DNA of 63,614 bases, filler included, from Phoronis australis (Eukaryota; Animalia; Phoronida), in assembly GCA_002633005.1 (NCBI GenBank). It is 11 parts of 11 records of this genome, joined end to end, with 100 filler letters (N's around TTAATTAATTAA, not from the genome) between each part and the next. Parts side by side here need not be neighbours in the genome. Positions count along the whole stretch, not along the records: positions 1 to 26,054 come from NMRA01000278.1; 10 more parts are not named here. The stretch is one strand, 5' to 3'. The translations under genes were made by a program, and so were the position numbers. Below are positions 1 through 12,100 of the stretch, in pieces. How positions within the stretch are numbered: the first letter of the stretch is position 1; every line of letters begins with the position of its first letter. Below the pieces are notes generated by a model, which did no database searches, was not told the origin of the DNA, and saw only the letters and a program-made list of their open reading frames with translations.

Positions 1-129
1 TAACAGAATGAGTCACAAATTTTTATCTCATTTGGAGAATATTCTCCCCTCTTCCTCTCCTCCCTCATCCTCTTTCATGTTCAGCTTCTCAACTCCTAGA
101 AGGATTCCGTTTTTGAGAAGTAAACCTAC

Positions 130-3100
130 CTTCTATTGCCATAGTAACATTGACAACGGTGATTTTCTGAAGAGACCTCTTGACTCTCGATGAACCGAGG
201 GAGATGGTGGAGTCATTGGATCCTAAGAAACAGAACAGTAACCATAGTAACAGTAACCATAGGTGTCAGCATATTGCAACAGTATGTAACCAACACATAA
301 CTTTGCAAGCGTAGAACACAAATACAACTACTTCCTTAATGACTCAAACTCTATACACAGCAAATTTCCAGATACTGTTTTTGAGAGAGAAATTTGGACA
401 TTCCATACCAAACCAGGGCAAGTTTGAAAGCATGTCAAGGAAATCAACACAAAATTTCACTATCCATCAGCCACAAATGAAGTGCAGGTGGGGATTGAAA
501 GGTTGTCATCGACATACGCAGCTTAATTCATTATATCGCCACCATACTGAATAAGAGCAATGCTGGCCGGGCGTTGACATGTGTCAAGGGTGCATTCAAA
601 TGTTATGTTTCTGGTGGCCAATTGAAGAATGGCACTGACAATTCTAGTGATGTCCTAAACCATTGTGCCAGGGCTTTTGAAGATATCAAGCAAACACCTG
701 GACATTATGACAACAATATACGAGACATACATAATCCACGGGGCACATGTAAAGAATGTCACCTCCTCGAGTACTCAGGGTATGAAGTTAAGGGGGGCAC
801 ATGTAAAGAATGTCACCGCCTCGAGTACTCGGGGTATGAAGTTAAGGGAAAACTAAATCCTTTCATATTCTGTTTGTGTGAACCTCACGTCCCTTAATGA
901 TAAAACAGAGGCTGAAAGAAAGTGACTTTCAACCACTACAGTCTTGTAAAAGATAACACGGCACAATCAAAATGTAAGCATTCATCCCTATTACAGCTTA
1001 CTTGTCACACATATCACTTCTTTAGATATTTCTACTTCCATGTGGTTCACCCCCTCAGCTGTAACTTTCATTTCCATGCAGGCTCCCGGTTCCAGTTTCA
1101 TTTTGTCATCGCCATAAGTATTGCTTGAAACAGCATCTGCATCTTCAACGGTCTTCTTCTTCAGATCAGACAACTTCTGATCAGAATAAACACCTGGCAA
1201 ACAAAAATTTGCATAAAGTTTAAGCCATTTTTTGGCAAAAACATCTGATTGTTAATGTTTTGTGATTTGCACAATACAAGGCAAAGTAATCATACTAAAC
1301 CCCAATTTTCCCGTCATAACTGGTGATGACTTGTCACCATGGGAACATCGTTCCAGCTTCTTTGACGGCGAATTTCACCTCCATTCCACCATCATGACAG
1401 GGAATTCTGGGTAATTGAGACGAACTATTTTAGACACATAATGCATTTCAATTTGTTTTTGCATGACCTGCTCACCCANNNNNNNNNNNNNNNNNNNNNN
1501 NNNNNNNNNNNNNNNNNNNNNNNNNNNNNNNNNNNNNNNNNNNNNNNNNNNNNNNNNNNNNNNNNNNNNNNNNNNNNNNNNNNNNNNNNNNNNNNNNNNN
1601 NNNNNNNNNNNNNNNNNNNNNNNNNNNNNNNNNNNNNNNNNNNNNNNNNNNNNNNNNNNNNNNNNNNNNNNNNNNNNNCCACCAAGGCTAGGTGATGCAA
1701 GACATTATTCTTTGTTGCATTATAGTAACTGGTCTTAGCTAATTATCATTTTATGGCCTGGTCATCCATTCAGCCAAAAGTAGTTCCAGAGGTGGCTTAT
1801 CAGCCAATTATTCACGCATGCTGACTCACAATAGAAGCCTGATAAGAGTGAAGGTGTATAAATGCGGTGTTCCTACAGTTTCTTGTTTTAGTGGATGTGT
1901 TCACGACATGGCAACAAACACAAAGCCATATTACCAAAGTGTATAAAACAATAGAACTCTAACACCCAACTTCAGGTACATACCATCCATGATGAATTTG
2001 CCACCTTTGACCGTCACACTGTGGCTGCTTTGGGTTCCAACCTTTGCTTTGGGAACAAATTCCCGATGGGTTGAGTCGGTCATTTTCACTTCCATAACTG
2101 AAACATAATCATCGTGACAATTGAACAGGGGTGTAAAGTCAACTAGTGAATAAGTGACAGCAAAACTCAACTTACATTCTATACCCTGTTGACATGTGCT
2201 TGTAATTAGGGAAATGCAAAAATGAGAGTGGAATCTATCAGCCAGCAACTATGAGAATTGGGCCTTTACCCTCCCACACATTAGATGACAGTGCAACCAT
2301 TTTTGAAAACTTTGTCAGTTGGTGATTGTGGTAAATCAGTTGATCATGGAAAATCAGTTAGTTTGGTACTGCATTATGATATCATACACTCAGTCACTAG
2401 TAGGCCATATTATGTCCTATATTGGTGAGATTTCACTACGTATCTTAACTCATATTACTCACCAACCCACTTGACGCCTTTGGGTACATCACTCCAACTG
2501 AGTTGTAATTCATCTTGCCTTGATTGTACGTGCACCTTACCCAGATCGGGCTCTATCTTCGTGCCTGGCATGTCCACAGAGACTTCAGTTACATTGGGTG
2601 GTAAGGTGAGCAACTGAACAAAAATGATATTATCAGTACAGTGTGCCACAACAAGAGCTACACGGATGCGTTGTTACACGCTCACCGTGTGCATCACATA
2701 TATCGCAAATACAAGGGATGATTACTAATAAAAATATTTCAACAAAAGGGAGCAATGCTAGTAAACTAAAGTAGCTTCAGGGGGTACAAAGCAGGTCAGG
2801 ATGGCTCTCCTCAATAGGAACACACCTGTCAAGATTGTAAACAAATTTTCCTTCAAACTTATGAGGGTTGTAGAGGATTACAGAACATTATTTTGTTTCA
2901 GAGGATTGGATGGTGTACCATGATGTAATATGGTGTACATTAATATAGAAATGCTTTATACTCACTGATAACAAGCATGACCTAACACTGCTTAGTCCAG
3001 CCACATTGGTTGCTCGTAGTGCCACATAGTAGTCACCATCAGAAACATTATCAAACTTGAGAACACCTTTGTCACCCAGACCAATGTTGGTGTAGTTGAC

Positions 3101-6100
3101 AACGGTCTCGTTAAGGTTTGCTGTCCTGAACAGTCCAAGTTCCTGGTCGGCCATTAAGCTTTCCATCTCAACCACGTTCCACATTGCACCCATGGTATTT
3201 GCCGTGCCTAGTAAAATGTTATTTAGATGAATAAACTTTCATTCGAGTCTCCTCAAAGAGTAGAGTAGACTATTGCTCATTTTGCATTGTAATATGGTTA
3301 TTATTTGTAAATATATATCACACAGTAATTATTTTCAAAAAAACCTGGAATTTTGTCACACCAAGTTTCAAGAGGGGCCCATGCAGATTGTACGTCACTA
3401 AGCCATTAGAAGACTAAAAAACTTCCTTTCATGTATTCTGAGAAATTCACTGTATTCGTCGTTCACCCGTCTGACTTCGCAATATAATAATAATAAATAA
3501 CCAAATAGTACACAACTTCATATTCCTGACGTGTTTAAAGGAGCAGTTCTTATTCTCAAAGGTACAGGAACCAGCATGATGTAAAGGTCAAGGTAACAAG
3601 TAAAAGGCCATCCACGCGTGACACATGGTAGGTCAATAACACAAGATTAAACAAGCCTCACACCTACATGGCCTTTTACTTGTGACCTTGACCTTTTCAT
3701 CATGCTGGTTCTTGCACCTTTCAGAATCAGGAGTGCACCTCGAAACATGTTTGAAAAATGAAGTTGTGTACTATTCGGCTATTCATTAAATGTTTGACTG
3801 TGCTTCTGCTGTTGGGAAACAGTTGTGAGGAGTGAAAGACAAAAATTGTGATTTAAGTTAGTATTCATGAAACATACTCCAACAAAATCTAGAATGTGAA
3901 TGAACAGACAGAGATTAATAAAGTTACGCACACCTCGACATGTGTAACCACAAGTCTAAGATGATCACCAATATGATGCCACCCACTCCTTCAAAAATTG
4001 CAGTCACATATAAATTCAACCACCATGTTGAAATTTTGGGCCTGTTGTTTCCCTGTTTTTTGCGAGAACTGTAAGAACGAACGATGACATTAACCTACCA
4101 CTCAATGCACAAGCTTGGTACAAAGTGAAATGGTACTCACTTGAATACGAAGTTGGCTGGTCCATAGAGAATCCAGGATCTAAGCATGACATGTTCTGTA
4201 TTATGGGCGGCGATATGTCGACTGTGATGCCATTGGTGGTAGTGTTGACCTGCAGACCAGATCGACTCTCAACTTTTACGATTACAAAATATACAGCTGG
4301 TTGATAAACCAAAGTGTTGTCAGACATCTTAGTCAGCGCTCCTGCAGAGAGATTCAGACTCGTCAACCTCAGCGTAATTGGCAAGAAGTCATACTTGTTT
4401 GTGTCCGTACAGTTAGGGTTACAGTTAAAGTCGCATTCACGATAACAGCCGATACAAACATCTTTCATCAGCTTGAATGCAGCAACGTTAGCTGTGGCAT
4501 TTTTTAAGTTGCTGTCACTNTTGACAACGGTCTCGTTAAGGTTTGCTGTCCTGAACAGTCCAAGTTCCTGGTCGGCCATTAAGCTTTCCATCTCAATCAC
4601 GTTCCACATTGCACCCATGGTATTTGCCGTGCCTAGTAAAATGTTGTTTAGATGAATAAACTTTCATTTGAGTCTCCTCAAAGAGTAGACTGGACTACTG
4701 CTCATTTTGCAGAGTAATATGATTATTATTTGTTAATATATATCACACAGTAATTATTTTCCAAAAAAAACCTGGAATTTTGTCACACCAAGTTTCAAGA
4801 GGGGCCCATGCAGATTGTACGTCACTAAGCCATTAGAAGACTAAACAACTTCCTTTCGTTTATTCTGAGAAATTCAATGTATTCGTCGTTCAACCGTCTG
4901 ACTTCGCAATATAATAATAATAATAATAAATAACCAAATAGTACACAACTTCATATTCCTGACATGTTTAAAGGAGCAGTTCTTATTCTCAAAGGTACAG
5001 GAACCAGCATGATGTAAAGGTCAAGGTAACAAGTAAAAGGCCATCCACGCGTGACACATGGTAGGTCAATAACACAAGATTAAACAAGGCCTTTTACTTG
5101 TGACCTTGACCTTTTCATCATGCTGGTTCTTGCGCCTTTCAGAATCAGGAGTGCACCTCGAAACATGTTTGAAAAATGAAGTTGTGTACTATTCGGCTAT
5201 TCATTAAATGTTTGACTGTGCTTCTGCTGCTGGGAAACTGTTGTGAGGAGTGAAAGACAAAACTTGTGATTAGTATTCATGAAACATACTACAACAAAAT
5301 ACTGAATGTGAATGAACAGACAGAGATTAATAAAGTTACGCACACCTCGACATGTGTAACCGCAAGTCTAAGATGATCACCAATATGATGCCACCCATTC
5401 CTTCAAAAATTGCATTCACATATAAATTCAACCACCATGCTGAAATTTTGGGCCTGCTGTTTCCCTGTTTTTTGCGAGAACTGTAAGAATGAACGATGAC
5501 ATTAACCTAGCACTCAATGCACAAGCTTGGTACAAAGTGAACTGGTACTCACTTGAATACGAAGTTGGCTGGTCCATAGAGAATCCAGGATCTAAGCATG
5601 ACATGTTCTGTATTATAGGTGGCGAAATGTCGACTGTAATGCCATTGGTGGTAGTGTTGACCTGCAGACCAGATCGACTCTCAACTTTTACGATTACAAA
5701 ATATACAGCTGGTTGATAAACCAAAGTGTTGTCAGACATCTTAGTCAGCGCTCCTGCAGAGAGATTCAGACTCGTCAACCTCAGCGTAATTGGCGAGAAG
5801 TCATACTTGTTTGTGTCCGTACAGTTAGGGTTACAGTTAAAGTCGCATTCACGATAACAGCCGATACAAACATCTTTCATCAGCTTGAATGCAGCAATGT
5901 TAGCTGTGGCATTTTTTAAGTTGCTGTCACTGACGCCAATGTAGATTTTGCCGATGTGACTTTCAAAATCATAGAAAGGCTTTCCATAGTGACATGGGCG
6001 TGTGGGGGGGAGGGGCACCGACATGCCACTCACAATAGTCGACGTTTCGTAGACGGAGAAAGGGTTGACTTTCCGAGGCATGAACTTGTCTTTCATCCAT

Positions 6101-9100
6101 GTATGGACAACTGGATGGGCTTTCTTGGGTGGACGGACACCTGAGATAAAAAAACAAAATGGTTGAATATCTCTACAAGGAACATAAATCCTTATGTCTG
6201 GGAGCTTACCATCCTGCTGGGAGTTGAAAGAACTTTCATCAGCTTACAATGCAGGAAGTGGAGTTAGCAACCTGAAGGGTTATGCAGTATTTACTTTGAA
6301 TTACTTGAATGTAGCCTTTTACTACAAGTGAATCAAAAATGATGTCCATTCTGACTGGACAGATTTTTATGTTTGAATAATCTATTTTTCGAAAAGCGTC
6401 ATGAATCTTTTGTTTGAAACTGATAGTGTCCCATTTCGTGTCTCACTATATGTGAACACAATTCAACACAGCCCAATGGCTCAACTGTGAACAATCGTAC
6501 ACCACTCAGTAATTTTTCTGACACTGTGGGGGCGAATTATTTAGTTTGTGGGACATTTTTGGCTCACCCAGTATATTTTATCCCAAATATGAACATAACA
6601 GATTAGGCATTTGCATACTTCAGTGATTATAAATTTAAAGAAACTAGAATACATACCACAAAACTGGATATTTGTCTTTTTGATTGTAGTCAGGAAAGGA
6701 AATACCAAAAGGCCACACAGCCACAAAATACAGGGATTTTTCACAAATTTCTGTGTGAAGCTACAGCCATGACAGAGGAGACTAAGTGTGGCTTAGTGGG
6801 GTAAGTGTCCACTACCTTTAATAAAGGTCACAGGTTCGAGTCCCACTGGGGGGTACTTCTAGACCTTTGAGTCAGGTCTCTAGCTCCTCGGATCGGTTTT
6901 AACAATATAGCATAAAAATGGTTTTAGGTGATCAGTGCAATGGGCTCACCAGAGGAGCCTGTACACGTCTGCTACAACATGTACCAGACGACGCGCACCA
7001 GACGACGCGCACCAGACGACGCGCACCAGACGACGCGTACCAGACGACGCGCACCAGACGACGCGCACCAGACGACCCGCACCAGACGACGCGCACCAGA
7101 CGACGCGCACCAGACGACGCGCACCAGACAACGTGTACCAGACAGCTTGTAATTATTTTTTTCACAGAGTTCACTCACCTGTAAGAGTGATGGATTCATC
7201 ACCATTCTCATACAAGGTCATTCTCCAACTGTCACGCTTCGGGTCGTCGGGGTCAAGATAAACATGTATGGAATATGTGACCTCTGACCTGGTGGGGTCA
7301 TTGATCAGCTTGGTCCATTCCTGCTTGGNCACTTCCTTCTTGCTCAAGACTAGAAGACAGTAATTTCTACAAAATATATGGCGGTGGTAAGACAGGTTTT
7401 GCACCCTCACGGGCATGAAAACTATCAGCCTCTTCGCTTACCAACGCACCACAAAATTAATGCTTGTAGTCATAAGACACTTACAGTGGACATCACTGGC
7501 GGTATGGTTGGAGGTACGTATGGAGCACCTTCAGCCAGAATGTCTGCTGCTGTCTTTTCGTCAACTACAGTTGGTGCCACGCCCACATCAGGCTCATCGA
7601 GAAGCTCCTCCGTCATGGCGAAGGTTGTCATCACCTTATAACCAGCAGCGATCTGCATGGTGACGCTGTACTTGCCCTCAATGATCATCTCTGCCTCTCC
7701 CTGGATGCCTGGAATATGTCATAATCAACTCCCGTTCCCAATATTGCAAAACAAAGTAATACTGAAACCTCAAATTTGACAACTGATGTTTTTATGGATA
7801 TTGGCAATACATGTGTGTGCCTCCCAATAAACAGATTTGCAAATGTGAGATATTGGGTCCTACCCCAGAACCCAGACAATGACACGGACATCGACAATTG
7901 TCTGCTTTTGGACAGATGCTACAGGTTAACTGGTATCAAACTGTTGGCTGCTTGAAGCCCTTAATATAAAGTAACGTCATGTCTACAGATCAACATTCAT
8001 AATCAGCTGTCTGTGCTTCTTGGGATGGCAGCTATCCCACAATGCTTTGCGTATATTACATCGCTTGCTAACTGTAACAAGATCAACGCAGAGCGTTGAA
8101 ATACACCACGAATGGTGTGCTTCTAGGGTTGTTAATTTGTTTCATAAAAATAGCCACTAGATGGCGCAAAAACGTCCAAACCATCTGAAAACAGGAACAT
8201 GCCATTGCTTCTTTAATAGAAAGGTATTTACCAATTTTCATAAAAATCTGTCAAGGAACTTCAGAGAAAGAAAGGAAAATGGAAAACATAAAATTGCCAC
8301 TATGTTACACAGCGTTCATTGGATCCGCCTGAAAGAGGTCATCTGTTGTAAGCTTGATGTAAATACAATAATTACTAAATTTAATAAAGATCCTACAGTA
8401 CGTTTAGGAGATGCAAGCATGGGCACAAAACAAAACAAAACAAAACAAAACTACCACTAAGAGGCGCCACAGTAGTCGAATTCGTTATCGTCAACCGTCC
8501 TCTTGACACTTAGAACATATACGCCAATTTTCAAAATCATCCTTAAAATGGTTTGGTTGATCGAGGGGTGGACGCAAAAGACAGATTCTAAAATGGGACA
8601 AATGGCCACTAGGTGGCGCAAAGTACCTGGATTCCATCCGAAAACAAGAGAATAGCATCTGCTCACCAATAGATGACTATATTCCAAATTTTCTGAAAAT
8701 CTGTTGAGGACCTTTGAAGATACAGAGGTACAGTGAACCTAAAAACTAAAATTGCCACTAGGGGGCACGCTCAGGTAGTTGTAGTCATCCATTGTCAATA
8801 TCACCTAAATACACTTGTTAAATTTAGCAAAGATCCTGCAAACGGTTTAGGAGATACAGCCATGGACGGGGGGGAAAAACTGCCACTAGGAGGTGCCACA
8901 GTAGTCAAAGTCGTCGGAAAATCATCGTCAGCTTCGTAGTAAGAATATATATAGGGGTGGATGTCAAAAAACAGACTAAAAACAGCAAAAATGGCCACTA
9001 GGTGGCGCAAACTACGTCACATCCATCCAAAAACGGGAGGATAGCGCCATCTCACTAATAGATGCCTATAGGCCAAATTTATGAAAATACGTTGAGGACC

Positions 9101-12100
9101 TTTGAAGATACAGAGGTAAACATAAAAACCTAAAATTGCCACTAGGGGGCACACCGGTACTCAGATCCATCCAAAAGTTGTCGTCATCCATTGTCAATAT
9201 CATATAAATACACATGCAAAATTTAGCAAAGATCCTGCCAACGGTTTAGGAGAGACAGCCATGGGCACAAAAAAACAAAACTGCCACTAGGAGGTGCCAC
9301 AGTAGTCAAAATCATTGGAAAATCGTCAGCCATCCTCTTAATAATTAAGAACATAGTTACATGCCAATTTTCACAACCATCCTTTAAGAGTGGTTTGGTT
9401 GATAGAGGGGTGGACTCCAAAAAACAGACTTTAAAACAGCAAAATCGGCCACTAGGTGGCACAAACTATGTCGAATCCATCCGAAAACGGGAGGATAGCA
9501 TCATCTCACTAATACATGCCAAGATGCCCAATTTTATGAAAATACGTTGAGGACCTTTGAAGATATAGAGGTAAGCGTAAAGAAACAAAATTGCCGCTAG
9601 GGGGCACATCCATGAAAGAAACGTGCAAAATTTCATCAACGTACGTCAAAGGCTTTTGGAGATAGAGCAACAGACGCCGGACAGACGGACACTGGACGGA
9701 CGGACGGAGATGACAGCATAATGCGTCCACATATAAATATGTAGGGACATAAAAAGGTTAATGCAAAACAAAGAATAAAGTGTAAAGTGCTTTTCTGTCG
9801 AATAATAATTAAGTAATGTGTTGAGTTAAAAGTGATAGCTACCCTCACCCATAACAAGCCAAACTGTGCAAAAGCTAATGTTACCAATACTCTGTCATCA
9901 GTTTGTTCTTATGACTACTTTGAACGCCCGATATCCTACGGACATACTTAGCTGTGACCTATTGTGTATGGGGGCCTAAACAAAAAATATTTCTCATCAC
10001 GTCAAGAATAAAATCCAGACACGTCGTCGGGAGATTTTAGCCACTAACAAGGGCATTTGCAAAGGCCAGGACGTTTTAAAAATAAAATCGCTTCGTAAAC
10101 ACGCAAGTTGAGGCATGCAAGTTCAATGTCACAGTCGAAAGTTGAACAACACGGTCTAATTAAACCAGAGCACATGTTACGCTACAACGAAAAACTGCAG
10201 CCTTCCGTGTATTTCCCATTTGAATGTATTTTCATCAGAAATTTTCGTCATGCAGACTCGGTGACTTTTTTCATAGCTAAAGCGCCAAACTCAAGCTAAA
10301 CGCAAGACAATTGAGTAACGGTCATGACATCGTCAAGACAAGGTGAAAATTACAAAGCCCGTTGCCCCAATTCTCAGATTCAAGCCTTATCGAGTAGTAA
10401 TCATCCGCTGATTGCTTTAGTGACACGGGAGTTACGTCGATCCTAAATTAGCGTTTCTAAAATTTTCCTTGTCTGAAAGTCGCGGGACAAAAATCCGACG
10501 TTTATGACATTGTCCGAAATTCGAGGATCATTGAAAAACAGTTTTTGGACCTTGTACGAATTTCGTGGACCATGAAAAACTTATTTCGGAAATATTTATT
10601 CTTGGTCGAAAATGGCGGGCCGTCCGAAAATCACGCGACTTTACCGTAAGTATTGTTATTTGATAAACACAATACACTCTCTGTGACCATTACAGGCTTG
10701 TTTGCTAGTCTAGGCTGTATTTAGGCACATGCAATATTGACACTGCAATTTATTTTAGCCAGCAATTTATTGCAGTGAAGACATTGCTAAGNTTCCATAC
10801 CCCACCGTTTACCTTAACCACTGGGGTTAGAACCAATCTTATTTAGTGGGAATGTTCATAGCATGCAGTAGTCAAAATCATTGGAAAATCGTCAGCCATC
10901 CTCTTAATAATTAACATAGTTACATGCCAATTTTCACAACCATCCTTTAAGAGTGGTTTGGTTGATAGAGGGGTGTACTCCAAAAAACAGACTTGAAAAC
11001 AGCAAAATCGACCACTAGGTGGCACAAACTACGTCGAACCCATCCGAAAACGGGAGGATAGCATCATCTCACAAATACATGGCAAGATGCCCAATTTTAT
11101 GAAAATACGTTGAGGACCTTTGAAGATATAGAGGTAAGCGTAAAGAAACAAAATTGCCGCTAGGGGGCACATCCATGAAAGAAACGTGCAAAATTTCATC
11201 AACGTACGTCAAAGGCTTTTGGAGATAGAGCAACAGACGCCGGACAGACGGACGCTGGACGGACGGATGGAGATGACGGCATAATGCGTCCACATATAAA
11301 TATGTGGGCACATAAAAAGGTCAATGTAAAACAAAGAATAAAGTGTAAAGTGCTTTTCTGTAGAATAATAATAATAATATATAAGTAATGTGTTGAGTTA
11401 AAAGTGCTAGCTACCCTCACCCATAACAAGCCAAACTGTGCAAAAGCTGATGTTATCAATACTCTGTCATCAGTTTGTTCTTATGACTAAGTATTGTTAT
11501 TCAATAAACACAATACAGGTCTTTGTGACCATTACAGGCTTGATTACTAGTCTAGACTGTATTTAGGCACATGCAATATTGACACTGCAATTTATTTTAG
11601 CCAGCAATTTATTGCAGTGAAGACATTGCTAAGGCGATAATTGCCCTGTACAACACAATAGGAGCTTAGATCAACTTTCGTGATATCAAGGGTGGATGGC
11701 AACACTGGCTTTCCCAGTTGATGTAGAGAAGCATTGTTCAACTACAGGATACCACTGAACGACCCGATTTCTTAATGAAATTGGGTGGTACTGTGAGACT
11801 TATGTATAGTCTTTGTTATACAGTTATTGTTCACGTGTATTGAAGTAATTAGCAACACTGTCATTTTACAATTTTTCAGTAAAATGCAGATTTCTTTCAA
11901 TTGCTACATATAATAAATGAAAATATTGAAAAATCATTGAAAAACCTACATAATACAAACCAACTTATTAACATTGTATCTAATTCTAAGTTTTCTTGAA
12001 AAGTTAAGAAAAATAAAATTTCACTAGTCCGCCGTATCGTATGGTAAGTGAAGAACTAGTTAATAAATTATGTACTTTTCATTTATGAATTAAAACTGAT

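Larger units (their letters stand above)
3096..5930. repeat. About 1.42-kb direct duplication (3096-4519 vs 4521-5930) around the single n at 4520; probable uncollapsed haplotypes
   Basis: Near-identical exon and intron sequence on both sides of the n, with scattered SNPs and small indels. ORF 4016..4618 is a chimera across the n. Confidence 0.85.

Noticed and set aside
574-897. 107-aa ORF with two CxxCH (heme c-like) motifs
   Set aside because: The motif pair comes from a 54-bp tandem duplication on the antisense strand of an intron; there is no other cytochrome c evidence.
4016-4618. 200-aa ORF suggesting exon scrambling or a fusion protein
   Set aside because: A chimera across the n at 4520 that joins two haplotype contigs.
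6787-6850. tRNA gene candidates (also 47669 and 38800-38868)
   Set aside because: A/B boxes are present, but there is no convincing cloverleaf, and each continues into a SINE body.
6918-7261. Six overlapping Arg-rich repetitive ORFs
   Set aside because: Translations of the stop-free 14-bp minisatellite.
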